The position numbers and the translations under genes are program-made. DNA of 64,000 nucleotides from Terriglobia bacterium (GTDB lineage Bacteria; Acidobacteriota; Terriglobia; 2-12-FULL-54-10), in NCBI GenBank assembly GCA_963666975.2, contig CAXVYR010000002.1:96001-160000 (forward strand), in the 5' to 3' direction. The notes below the pieces were generated by a model. That model searched no databases. It was not told the DNA's origin and worked only from the letters and a program-made list of their open reading frames with translations. This document shows, one piece after another, positions 9,208 through 18,429 of the stretch (position 1 is its first letter; each line of letters begins with the position of its first letter).

Positions 9208-10617
9208 ATGAACGTCGTCCTCCTATCAACCTATGAACTGGGCCGTCAACCGTTCGGGCTGGCCTCGCCGGCGGCATGGCTTCGGGAGGCTGGCGTTACC
9301 GTCACCTGTTTGGATCTCTCCCGCTCCGCCTTCGAGGAAGAACTGATCCGCTCGGCGGACTTGGTGGGTTTCTACGTTCCCATGCACACGGCCACCCGCA
9401 TCGCTACGCTTCTGGCCGGACGAGTAAGCAAGTTGAACCCTCGGGCGCATATGTGTTTCTTCGGTCTTTATGCTCCCGTCAACGAGAGCTTCCTGCGAAA
9501 GCTGGGGGCCGAGACGATCCTCGGCGGCGAGTTTGAAGCAGGACTGCTGTCGCTCGTCGAAAGGTTGCAGACAACGAATCACCGGCCTGCCGGGCTCCCG
9601 CAGCACGAGCCGGTGATTTCAACCGCCCGGCAAAGGTTCCGCGTCCCGGACCGCAGGGGGCTCCCCGCTCTGCGAAACTATGCAAAGCTCGATTGGGGCA
9701 ACGGCGAACAGCGCTTGGTTGGGTACACGGAAGCGAGCCGAGGCTGCAAGCACCTTTGCCGCCACTGCCCGGTTGTGCCGGTCTATCAGGGCCGTTTCCG
9801 GGTTGTCCAGCGAGAAGTGGTGCTGGAGGACATCCGGCGGCAGGTTGCGGCGGGAGCCTCGCACATCACCTTCGGCGACCCGGACTTCTTCAACGGCGTC
9901 GGACATTCCATTGCGCTCGTGGAGGAATTCCACCGCGAGCATCCACGCCTCACCTATGACGCCACGATCAAGATCGAGCATCTGCTCCAGCATGCGCGGC
10001 ATCTGAGAACGCTCCGCGACACCGGCTGCCTGTTTGTAACGAGCGCAGTCGAAGCTGTCGATGACCGAGTGCTGCACCTTCTGGACAAAGGCCACACGCG
10101 GGCAGATTTTGTGCAAGTGGTAAAGCTGGTTCGCAATGCGGGACTGCATCTGTCACCCACCTTTGTAACCTTTACCCCGTGGACATCGCTGGAAGGTTAT
10201 CTGGATATGCTTTCGCTTATGGCCGAACTGGACATGGCGGAGAGTATCTCCCCCATCCAGTTGGCCATTCGGTTGCTGATCCCCGCCGGCTCGAAGCTCC
10301 TGGAACTGGCTGAGGTTCGCGAACAGGTTGGAGAATTCGACGAGGGGAAACTCAGTTATCCGTGGATGCATTGCGATGCGCGAGTGGAACAGTTGTTTCA
10401 GGACGTCCGCGAGACCGTGGGACGGACGGAAGCTCTCGGCCAAACCCGCAGCGAAATCTTTCCCCAAGTTTGGGAGTTGGCCGAGCGCGCGGCTGGAAAG
10501 AAGGGCGGAGCCACTTTTAAGATGTCCCCGCTCCCCGCACGGGCGACGCTTCCCTACATCAACGAGCCGTGGTTCTGCTGAGCGGAGCCTACCGCAGAGC
10601 AGTTTGCTCTGGTTTAG
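9208..10617 (+). CDS. B12-binding radical SAM selenoprotein of the CUAEP/CCAEP-tail type; TGA 10579-10581 read as Sec, true stop TAG 10615-10617
   Basis: Cobalamin-binding-like N-terminus and CKHLCRHC (CxxxCxxC). The 3' end reads AAC GAG CCG TGG TTC TGC TGA GCG GAG CCT ACC GCA GAG CAG TTT GCT CTG GTT TAG = NEPWFC-U-AEPTAEQFALV*. Confidence 0.85.
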
Positions 10618-10619
10618 GC
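10582..10619 (+). promoter_or_regulatory. Putative bacterial SECIS element
   Basis: Perfect stem CAGAGCA (10595-10601) / TGCTCTG (10605-10611) starting 13 nt after the UGA, with a GU-containing loop. Lower helix GCCTA (10587-10591) / TAGGC (10615-10619). Confidence 0.7.
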
Positions 10620-10660
10620 AATGGCCGGAAATCAGAAGACGGGAGGCCGACCGAACTACA

Positions 10661-10689
10661 ATCAGAGCCGCGACCGCGAGGGAGCGGTT
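10661..10689 (+). repeat. REP-like repeat, family A (ATCAGAGCCGCGAC-N6-GGAGCGG)
   Basis: Near-identical copies at 22871-22899 (+) and 53875-53904 (-). Confidence 0.7.
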
Positions 10690-10717
10690 CTTCTGCCTTC
10701 AGCCCTTCTCCGCTTGC

Positions 10718-12067
10718 ATGATGAATCGATCCCAGCAAAATTCGTTAGTCAAACTCGCTCAGAAAACAGTGCAGAAAAACCGTCTTTTACTGCTGTTCAC
10801 CACCACGGGCTATCAGGCCGCCGCTTTCAAGGAGGCTGCCGATAAGCTCGGCATCGCCGCCGTGGCGGGCAGCGACCGCTGCCACGTATTGGAAGACCCC
10901 TGGCGGGATGGCGCTATCCCTCTGCGATTTGAAGAGCCCGCCGCCTCGGCAAAAATGGTCGTCGAGTACGCCGCCAAGCATCTGCTCGACGCCGTCATTC
11001 CAATCGGCGACAAACCCACCCTTACCGCTGCAATGGCCTGCCAAGCGCTCGGGCTGTTGCACAACTCTCCCGCTGCCGTTCGGGCCTGCCGTGACAAGTA
11101 TCAGTTCCGCCAGCTTCTCCAGGCCGCAGGGGTGGATGGCCCCGCCTTCTGCAGGCTTCCCGCGCACAGCGATTCTCCTCCTATTCCACCACCCGGTGTT
11201 GGATTTCCCTGCGTCCTGAAACCGTTGTCGCTCTCGGCCAGCCGGGGAGTCATCCGGGCGGACAACACAGAGCAATTCACCGGCGCATTCAACAGAATCC
11301 AGGCGCTGCTCAAAACGCCGGACATCCGAAGAACCAAAGATGAGGCAATCGAGTGGATACTAGCCGAAAACTACCTGGAAGGGCCGGAAGTGGCTTTGGA
11401 GGGAATTCTCGACCGGGGCGCTTTGCAGGTCCTGGCTCTGTTTGACAAGCCGGACCCGCTGGAAGGTCCCTACTTTGAGGAGACGATCTACACGACTCCT
11501 TCCCGTTTACCCGAAGCCGTCCAGAACCAAATAGTAAAGTGCGCGGAGCAAGCCATCGCGGCGGTGGGACTGTCCCACGGGCCGATCCATGCCGAGCTGC
11601 GGCTGACGCCACAAGGCCCCAGGGTTCTGGAAGTGGCGGCCCGCTCGATTGGCGGTCTCTGCTCGCGGTCGCTGCGGTTTGATGCGGGCATGTCGCTCGA
11701 AGAGCTGATTATCCGCCATGCCCTGAACTGGCCCATCGGCTCGGTGCGCCGCGAGGATGCCGCCTCCGGGGTGATGATGATTCCGGTTCCCGCAGCAGGA
11801 GTGCTGCTTGAGGTAAGGGGTCAAGAGAAGGCGTTCGAAACTCCAGGCATCGAGGAGATCCGCATTACGGCCAAAATACAGCAGACTCTGGTTCCCTGGC
11901 CGGAGGGCTCCAGCTATCTGGGATTTATTTTCGCGCGCGCGGCGTCATCTTCGTCTGCCACGGCATCTTCCCCAGCGTCTGCCCCAGCGGAGGTTGAGGC
12001 CGCCTTGAGAACCGCCCACAGCAAGTTGCAATTTGTGATTTCCCCTGCCCTGCCCGTGGTGCGCTAG
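10718..12067 (+). CDS. ATP-grasp domain ligase, partner of the radical SAM selenoprotein
   Basis: CRDKYQFR, FPCVLKP..LSASRGVIR, ENYLEGPEVALEG and HAELRL...LEVAAR. Start placed at ATG 10718; the upstream extension in the ORF track overlaps the rSAM gene. Confidence 0.88.
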   Translation: MMNRSQQNSLVKLAQKTVQKNRLLLLFTTTGYQAAAFKEAADKLGIAAVAGSDRCHVLEDPWRDGAIPLRFEEPAASAKMVVEYAAKHLLDAVIPIGDKPTLTAAMACQALGLLHNSPAAVRACRDKYQFRQLLQAAGVDGPAFCRLPAHSDSPPIPPPGVGFPCVLKPLSLSASRGVIRADNTEQFTGAFNRIQALLKTPDIRRTKDEAIEWILAENYLEGPEVALEGILDRGALQVLALFDKPDPLEGPYFEETIYTTPSRLPEAVQNQIVKCAEQAIAAVGLSHGPIHAELRLTPQGPRVLEVAARSIGGLCSRSLRFDAGMSLEELIIRHALNWPIGSVRREDAASGVMMIPVPAAGVLLEVRGQEKAFETPGIEEIRITAKIQQTLVPWPEGSSYLGFIFARAASSSSATASSPASAPAEVEAALRTAHSKLQFVISPALPVVR

Positions 12068-12095
12068 GCGCGGCAGGACATTTCCCGGACGGGAT

Positions 12096-12377
12096 TTACT
12101 GCTTGGTCTGCTCAGGGACATAACCCGGAGGAAGCGCAGCGCCTTCGCCGAAAAAGTAATCCTCCATCTGCTGACGAACGACCTTTTGCGCCTCGCGCTC
12201 CACCAGGTTGAGCCGGTATTCGTTGACGATCATCTTCAGGTGCTCCAGCCACAATTTCCAGGCGTCTGCCGAGACATTCTCGTAGATGCGCTTGCCGAGT
12301 TCGTTGTTGAAGGGAGGCTCCTCCATCCCTGGCATCTCGCGTTGAAACTTGACGCATTTCACCATTTTTGGTGCCAT
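12096..12377 (-). CDS. yggX: Fe(II)-trafficking / oxidative damage protection protein
   Basis: MVKCVK...PP..ELGKRIYENVS..AW..W..H.KM.VNEYRL; GGAGG RBS. Confidence 0.9.
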   Translation of the reverse strand: MAPKMVKCVKFQREMPGMEEPPFNNELGKRIYENVSADAWKLWLEHLKMIVNEYRLNLVEREAQKVVRQQMEDYFFGEGAALPPGYVPEQTKQ

Positions 12378-12555
12378 TTTTCCTCCCCTTGTGGCGGCTC
12401 TTGCTGCCACCGAAAGCGATCGAATGAACAGGATACACTGATCCCGCGAGCAATCAGGCTACGAGCATTCTCCGCGCCTTGTCAACGTTTAAGTATTTTT
12501 CGGTAATGGGAAGGAAGTTGAAAACCTCCTCCCCACTGCGATAACATATCTATAC

Positions 12556-13371
12556 ATGGATGTATATGAGGAAATCACGCGACTGCGGAATTCTGGGATC
12601 AAGGCGGCCCTGGCTACCATAGTCAACGTTCGCGGCTCGATTCCCAGTTTTGAGTCCGCAAAGCTTTTGGTCCGCGAGGACGGCTCGATCGTAGGCACGG
12701 TGGGGGGAGGCTGCGTGGAGGCTGAGGTGTGGGCTGCCGCCCGCCAGGTGATCCAGGAAGAGAAGCCCCGCAAGCTGACTTTTGATCTGAACAACGATCC
12801 CTCCTACGATACCGGGCTGCTCTGTGGCGGAACCGTGGAGGTCTTTGTGGAGCCTATTCTTCCCACCCCGTTCCTGTACATTTTCGGAGCGGGCCACGTC
12901 TCTCTCAGCCTGTCCAAAGTGGCAACCGTCGCCGGGTTCAGCACGATCATCATTGACGACCGCGACACCTATGCCAACCGGGAGCGCTTCCCCGAGGCGG
13001 CGGAGATTTACGCCGATGATTACGAGAAAGTTTTCGACCGGCTGCTTCCCAATAGCTCCTCATTTTTGATTGCCGTCACACGCGGGCATCGCGACGACAT
13101 GCGCGTGCTGCGCTGGGCGGTGGGGACGGCGACCCGTTACGTGGGCATGATCGGCAGTAAGCGCAAGGTCCTGGAGATCGTCAAACACTTGGAGCAGGAA
13201 GGGATCGCCCGGCCGCAGTTTGAGCGGGTGCACGCCCCGGTTGGCCTGGATATCGGCGCCGTCACTCCGGAAGAAATTGCCGTCAGCGTTGTGGCAGAGA
13301 TGATTGCCGTGCGCCGCAGCGCCCTCCAGGACGCCAAACCCCACCCCAAGTCGATCCTGGCAATTTCCTGA
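12556..13371 (+). CDS. XdhC/CoxI family molybdenum-hydroxylase maturation factor
   Basis: GTVGGGCVE, CGG, FGAGHV, YVGMIGS and PVGLDIGAVTPEEIAVS. Confidence 0.92.
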   Translation: MDVYEEITRLRNSGIKAALATIVNVRGSIPSFESAKLLVREDGSIVGTVGGGCVEAEVWAAARQVIQEEKPRKLTFDLNNDPSYDTGLLCGGTVEVFVEPILPTPFLYIFGAGHVSLSLSKVATVAGFSTIIIDDRDTYANRERFPEAAEIYADDYEKVFDRLLPNSSSFLIAVTRGHRDDMRVLRWAVGTATRYVGMIGSKRKVLEIVKHLEQEGIARPQFERVHAPVGLDIGAVTPEEIAVSVVAEMIAVRRSALQDAKPHPKSILAIS

Positions 13372-13375
13372 CGCG

Positions 13376-14020
13376 ATGGAACCCGTGCCTCTTCCCGACC
13401 CTCCCTCCAAAGCTGTGGCGGGAATCATCCTGGCCGCCGGTGAGTCGCGGCGCATGGGGCGCGACAAAGCGCTCCTTCCTTTGGGGCAATGGAGCTTTCT
13501 GGAGCATTTGGCCGGGGCTCTGCAAGGAGAGGTTTCTCCGCTCCTGGTGGTTCTCGGATACCACGCGCAGGAGATCGAACGCCAAATTCCTCCCGCCGAT
13601 GCCCTCGTTGTCCTGCGAAATCCGAACTATTCGCTGGGACAACTGAGTTCCTTGCAGGTGGCGTTGCGGCATATCGAAAATCAACCGGTGGCGGGGGCTC
13701 TGGTATGTCTGGTGGACCATCCGGCAATCACCAAAAAGGTGGTCCGGTTGCTGCTGGAACGATTTGCGAAAACACAGGCGCCGATCCTGATCCCAACCTG
13801 CCGGGGGCGACGAGGACATCCGGTGCTGTTTGCCCGCCGCTTGTTCCAGGAATTGCTGGACGCGCCGCTGGAGGAGGGAGCGCGGTCGGTGGTCCGGAAA
13901 CATGCTGCGGAAGTGGAGTTGGCGGAAACCGGCGAGGAAGGAATTCTGCTGGATATTGACAAGCCGGAGGACTATCAGGCGTTGCTGGCGAGGCGGGATA
14001 TGCCGGCTGAATCTGTCTGA
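13376..14020 (+). CDS. MocA-like molybdenum cofactor cytidylyltransferase (NTP transferase)
   Basis: ILAAGESRRMGRDKALL, LVDHP, GHPVLF and DIDKPEDY; directly follows xdhC. Confidence 0.85.
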   Translation: MEPVPLPDPPSKAVAGIILAAGESRRMGRDKALLPLGQWSFLEHLAGALQGEVSPLLVVLGYHAQEIERQIPPADALVVLRNPNYSLGQLSSLQVALRHIENQPVAGALVCLVDHPAITKKVVRLLLERFAKTQAPILIPTCRGRRGHPVLFARRLFQELLDAPLEEGARSVVRKHAAEVELAETGEEGILLDIDKPEDYQALLARRDMPAESV

Positions 14021-14031
14021 TAGGATCCGGA

Positions 14032-14388
14032 TCACTGGAGATGGCGAAACGCCTCCCGCAAAGCGTCTTCAGCCAGCACGCCGGCATGACCGCTTGCAGG
14101 CGGCAGGCCGCCGAGTCCTGCACTGAGGTCGGCGGCAGAAAGCTTTTTTGCTTCCTCCAGCGACTTCCCTTTGATGAGTTCGGTGAGCAGCGACCCGCAG
14201 GCGATGGACGCCACGCAGCCACGGGTTTTGAAGCGGACGTCCCGGAGTTGCCCCTGCTCGGCCAGCAGGGACAGTTGCATGATGTCTCCGCAGGCCGGGT
14301 TGCTGACCTCCACCGTCACGGCGGGGGGTGGAAGCTCTCCTACGTTTCGAGGATTCTGGAAGTGGTCGAGCAGCAAAGAGCTGTACAC
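14032..14388 (-). CDS. IscU/NifU-N family Fe-S scaffold protein
   Basis: YS..LLDHFQNPRNVG, NPACGD and GCVASIACGS. The third conserved Cys is replaced (HA). GTG start after GGAGA. Confidence 0.85.
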   Translation of the reverse strand: MYSSLLLDHFQNPRNVGELPPPAVTVEVSNPACGDIMQLSLLAEQGQLRDVRFKTRGCVASIACGSLLTELIKGKSLEEAKKLSAADLSAGLGGLPPASGHAGVLAEDALREAFRHLQ

Positions 14389-14395
14389 AAAGTCT

Positions 14396-14607
14396 CCAGT
14401 AATCTCAGACCAGTAATCTGAGAAAAGACCAGTAATCTCAGAAAAGAGTGGATTCGTCCAGCCCGCCGTGTTCGGTTTTAGCTTGCTGGGGCCGGGCATA
14501 CTAGCGTAGCGGAGAACAGGCATCGGCTCAAGGCCTAGTGCAAGGCCAGTACAAGCCCAAGATCAAAAGCAGGATCAAAAGCAAGATCACAAAGCAAGAT
14601 CACAAAG
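14396..14607. repeat. Two clusters of short tandem repeats in the divergent iscU/mutT intergenic region
   Basis: CCAGTAATCT(C/G)AGA x3 at 14396-14447; CA(A/G)GATCA(C)AAAG x4 at about 14558-14607. Confidence 0.75.
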
Positions 14608-14622
14608 ATAGTTCGGACCGTT

Positions 14623-15054
14623 ATGGACATAAAGAAAACCGTGGTAGCGGGACTGTTGTTTCAGAAAGATCAAATCCTGATTTGCCAAAGACCGGCACTG
14701 GATGATTTCCCCGGCCAGTGGGAGTTTCCGGGAGGCAAGACTAAGGCCGGAGAAGAGCTGCAGTCAGCCCTGCGGCGGGAATTGCAGGAAGAGCTGGGCA
14801 TCGTCGCCGAAATCGGAGAGGAGATATGGCGAACGGAGCACCAATATTCGGGCCATGCCCCTGTACTTTTATACTTTTTTGCGGTCTCCCAATACCAAGG
14901 GACCGCAGAGAATCGTGTCTTCCAGCAAATCTGCTGGGCCGGCCGGCAGCAGTTGCTGGAGTATGATTTTCTGGAGGCCGACAGGCCTCTGGTCCAAAAA
15001 ATAGCGGCTGGGGAAATACAGATACCGCCTGCGAAAATCCTTGCCGGCCTGTAA
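14623..15054 (+). CDS. NUDIX hydrolase, MutT/NudG-like (d)NTP pyrophosphohydrolase
   Basis: WEFPGGK...GE....ALRRELQEELG Nudix box. Confidence 0.9.
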   Translation: MDIKKTVVAGLLFQKDQILICQRPALDDFPGQWEFPGGKTKAGEELQSALRRELQEELGIVAEIGEEIWRTEHQYSGHAPVLLYFFAVSQYQGTAENRVFQQICWAGRQQLLEYDFLEADRPLVQKIAAGEIQIPPAKILAGL

Positions 15055-15119
15055 TTTTATGGAGAGTATTTCGGTCCGCGAGAAAGCAAAACTGTTAACT
15101 GTGCGAGAGGAGAGAACCG

Positions 15120-15440
15120 ATGATTGTAGTGTGCAACCGAATTCCCGTGGCCAAGGGCCAAGAGGCAGAGTTTGAGAAGCTGTTCCTGGAGCGGGACGAC
15201 TCGAAACGCCAGCATCCCGTGGGCAAATCCCCCGGGTTCATCCGCAACGATGTTCTGCGCCCGATCCAGGGCGAGACTTACGTTGTGCTGGCTTACTGGG
15301 AGTCGCGCGAGCACTTCGACGCCTGGACCAACAGCGAATCTTTCAAAGAAGCGCACGGAGGGCGCTCCCGCCCGGAAATCTTCGCCGGAAAACCGAACCT
15401 GGAAATCCACGAAGTGATTAAAACCGTTACGGCATCGTAA
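15120..15440 (+). CDS. Antibiotic biosynthesis monooxygenase family protein (IsdG/HmoA-like)
   Basis: NRIPV..G...FE..F, PGF and WES...F.AW..S..F..AH. Confidence 0.85.
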   Translation: MIVVCNRIPVAKGQEAEFEKLFLERDDSKRQHPVGKSPGFIRNDVLRPIQGETYVVLAYWESREHFDAWTNSESFKEAHGGRSRPEIFAGKPNLEIHEVIKTVTAS

Positions 15441-15533
15441 AGTGGCGGTGGAAATGAACGCGCGGTAAGGTTCTAGAGTTTGAAACCTGTCACTTAGCCC
15501 ATTATTTGGATCGCGCAGACGGGGTTGGGGAAA

Positions 15534-16736
15534 TCACTGCGGGCCGGGCGTTTGGGAATTGAATCTGCCGGCTTCCTGGGCCTTCAATTCCTCGATCTGC
15601 GCCAGGGTGTCCTTCATCTCTTCAGCGAATTGTCCCTCGGGCGACTCTTCCAGGTAGGTTCGTATTTCAACGGCCGCCTGCGGATAGTCTTCTCTTTGCA
15701 GATAGATTTCAGCCAGCAGGGCATGAACCTGCGGGATGTTTGCGTGCGGGCCTTGCTCCGCATCTCGCGCGCCTTTCTCGGCGGCATCAATATTGTTCAG
15801 ATTAAAATTTCCCATCGCCTGAATGAAGCTGGCATGACCGATGCTCGGGTCCATTTCGAGCGCTTTTCCGGCCATCTCCACAGCGTTCTGGTACTGCCCG
15901 GTTTGGAATTGCAAGGCAGCCAGATTTATATACGGCGGGATGTATTGCGAGTCCACCGCAATGGCTTTTTCAAAGGCTGCGGCGGCTTTTTCCTCTTCCT
16001 GGTTGGCGCGATGAATCCAGCCCAGCATGTTCCAGGCAGCGGCATATTCATCGTATTTAGCGATAGCTTTTTCCAAGTGCTCCTTGGCATTCTTCGTGCG
16101 GTTCTTCTCGATATCTTTCAGCGCCTTCTCATATTCCTTCCGTGCGTCCTTGGGAACCAGCAGAGAGGTGACGCTGATGGAGGAACCCGTTACTCCGGCG
16201 ATGCGGGACAGCCGCAGCGAGCCGACATCGACTCTTCCCATATCCGAGTGCTGGCTGAGCGTATAGTTCAACGGATGATATCCCGGCACAGACACCCGTA
16301 TTTCGCATCCCGCTAAGGAATTGCCGAACCGCCTCGGCAAAGCGCTCTGGCTGCCGCCAAAACCAGTGGGGCTTTGATTGCTGGCGCTAAAATCCATGTT
16401 GCTTTGAAGGCCGGTGCCTATGGAAAAAGTGAAGTATCCGCCGAGATCCGTGTGGATCACCTGCACCGGCTTCATCCCGCAATTCAACTCCACCGATACG
16501 GTTTCCGAGACGGGCTGGCCCGTGTTCATCACAACGCGCCCGTTCACGTAGGTAGGCCGGCGCGATTGTTCCGTAGACCGTCGCGTGGTCGGCGAGGGCG
16601 TGGGTCGGCTCGGGGAGGAACTGCTTCCCCCTCCCGAGGAGGAGCCGGAAGACCCTCGTCCCTGCCCATACAACGGCAGAACCACCAGCAGCGTCAACAC
16701 CCATAGCCCACAAAATTTCTCCAGGATCAGTTTCAT
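15534..16736 (-). CDS. Secreted TPR-repeat protein with an N-terminal carboxypeptidase-regulatory-like domain
   Basis: Signal peptide, Gly/Ser linker, VPKDARKEYEKA followed by TPR helices; a common Acidobacterial architecture. Confidence 0.8.
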   Translation of the reverse strand: MKLILEKFCGLWVLTLLVVLPLYGQGRGSSGSSSGGGSSSSPSRPTPSPTTRRSTEQSRRPTYVNGRVVMNTGQPVSETVSVELNCGMKPVQVIHTDLGGYFTFSIGTGLQSNMDFSASNQSPTGFGGSQSALPRRFGNSLAGCEIRVSVPGYHPLNYTLSQHSDMGRVDVGSLRLSRIAGVTGSSISVTSLLVPKDARKEYEKALKDIEKNRTKNAKEHLEKAIAKYDEYAAAWNMLGWIHRANQEEEKAAAAFEKAIAVDSQYIPPYINLAALQFQTGQYQNAVEMAGKALEMDPSIGHASFIQAMGNFNLNNIDAAEKGARDAEQGPHANIPQVHALLAEIYLQREDYPQAAVEIRTYLEESPEGQFAEEMKDTLAQIEELKAQEAGRFNSQTPGPQ

Positions 16737-16989
16737 GGCTGACCTCCCACAGTTGCCCCCCAAGGTTGACCTCGATGAAGGATACCCCAATTTGACCCAG
16801 AGTACCCTAGATATAAGGCGAATGAAACAGATTTTTTGTCTCCCGGAAGCAGCAAAAATACTGGAATCTCTGGAGAAAGTATTTCTACTCCCCCCTTTCC
16901 GGCATCAAATGTAGTTGCGAAAGCCGTCTGTGTGGCATCATACTAGCGAGTACCTGAGTGAACACCGACAGTGAACACAAGGAGGGGTC

Positions 16990-17940
16990 ATGGCGTACCT
17001 GAAGATTCCCAAAGGATGGGAGATTCCCGAGCGGGAGGCAACTCCCGAGGCGGCTTTTCTCAACCGGCGAAAATTCCTGGCGGCAATGGGAATCGGCGCG
17101 GTAAGGGCAACCGCAATTGGAGCAACAGGAATACTTCCCCGCCCCCTGGCGGCAGCCGACTCACTCTACCCGGCGAAAAGGAATCCCGCCTATAAGCTCG
17201 ACCGCCCCATCACCGATGAACTGGCCGCCACCCGCTACAACAACTTTTACGAGTTTTCGGAACAGAAAGAAGATGTTTGGAAGCTGGTAAATGCTTTCAA
17301 GCCGGAGCCCTGGACAATCGACGTGACCGGGCTGGTTCACAAGCCCCAGAAGCTGGACATAGACCAGATCCTTCGCCAGATACCTCTCGAAGAGCGGTTA
17401 TACCGCCATCGTTGCGTCGAGGCATGGTCGATGGCCGTGCCCTGGACCGGGTTTCCCTTTAAGGCTCTGATCGATTTGGTCGAACCGAAATCAGAGGCGA
17501 AGTATGTTCGCATGGTGACGTTTTTCCGGCCAGGCCAGGCCCCCGGACAAAGGATGCTGCGTCACTACCGGTGGCCCTACTATGAAGGGCTGACGATGGC
17601 GGAGGCCATGAACGAGCTGGCTTTCCTGGTCACCGGGATGTACGGCCATGCCGTTCCCAAGCAAAACGGCGCGCCGATTCGTTTGGCCTTGCCCTGGAAG
17701 TACGGTTTCAAGAGCATCAAGTCCATCGTCGCGATTGAATTTACTTCCAAAAAACCGCGCACTTTCTGGAATGACGCGGCCCCCCGCGAATACGCTTTTC
17801 AAGCCAACGTGAACCCTAAGGTGCCCCATCCCCGCTGGTCGCAGGCAACCGAGACGGTGATCGACACGGGCCAGGTCCGGCCTACGCTGATGTACAACGG
17901 CTATGGCCCCTTCGTAGCTTCCCTGTACGAAAAGACGTAA
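16990..17940 (+). CDS. msrP: Protein-methionine-sulfoxide reductase catalytic subunit
   Basis: TPE..FLNRRKFL Tat signal, YNNFYEF, RCVEAWSM, PWKYGFKSIKSI and HPRWSQA. Confidence 0.95.
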   Translation: MAYLKIPKGWEIPEREATPEAAFLNRRKFLAAMGIGAVRATAIGATGILPRPLAAADSLYPAKRNPAYKLDRPITDELAATRYNNFYEFSEQKEDVWKLVNAFKPEPWTIDVTGLVHKPQKLDIDQILRQIPLEERLYRHRCVEAWSMAVPWTGFPFKALIDLVEPKSEAKYVRMVTFFRPGQAPGQRMLRHYRWPYYEGLTMAEAMNELAFLVTGMYGHAVPKQNGAPIRLALPWKYGFKSIKSIVAIEFTSKKPRTFWNDAAPREYAFQANVNPKVPHPRWSQATETVIDTGQVRPTLMYNGYGPFVASLYEKT

Positions 17941-17980
17941 CCGGGACTCGCGCAAAGCAGGCTGGAGAGAGGCTCTTTAA

Positions 17981-18421
17981 TCAGGTTTTTTGCGGCAGGT
18001 GAGATTGAATGAACCGGATGATGCCGTCGAGAGACGTGCCGGGTTGAAAGACCTCCGCCACTCCCAAGGCTTTCAGCGCACTAACATCTGCATCCGGGAT
18101 AATGCCGCCGACCACCACCATCACATCTTCCATCCGGCGCTCTTTCACCAGCTTCATCAGCTGCGGCACAATCGTGGTGTGCGCCCCGGACAAGATGGAC
18201 AGGCCAATCACGTCGGCATCCTCCTCCAGCGCCGCCTTTACAATCTGTTCGGGAGTTTGCCGCAAGCCGGTGTAGATGACCTCCATGCCGGCGTCCCGCA
18301 GCGCGCGGGCAATCACCTTAGCTCCGCGGTCGTGTCCATCGAGGCCGGGCTTGGCCACGATCACCCGAATCTTCCTTTCATCCTTTGTTTCCTTTTCTGG
18401 CTTTGTATTCAAGTTGGTCAT
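17981..18421 (-). CDS. Stand-alone cobalamin-binding subunit of methylmalonyl-CoA mutase
   Basis: [23 protein letters not shown]. Confidence 0.93.
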   Translation of the reverse strand: MTNLNTKPEKETKDERKIRVIVAKPGLDGHDRGAKVIARALRDAGMEVIYTGLRQTPEQIVKAALEEDADVIGLSILSGAHTTIVPQLMKLVKERRMEDVMVVVGGIIPDADVSALKALGVAEVFQPGTSLDGIIRFIQSHLPQKT

Positions 18422-18429
18422 ATTGCTAG

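Noticed and set aside
10328-10717. N-terminal extension of the ATP-grasp ORF as given in the track
   Set aside because: It overlaps the rSAM gene, its SECIS and a REP element, and has no protein-like composition
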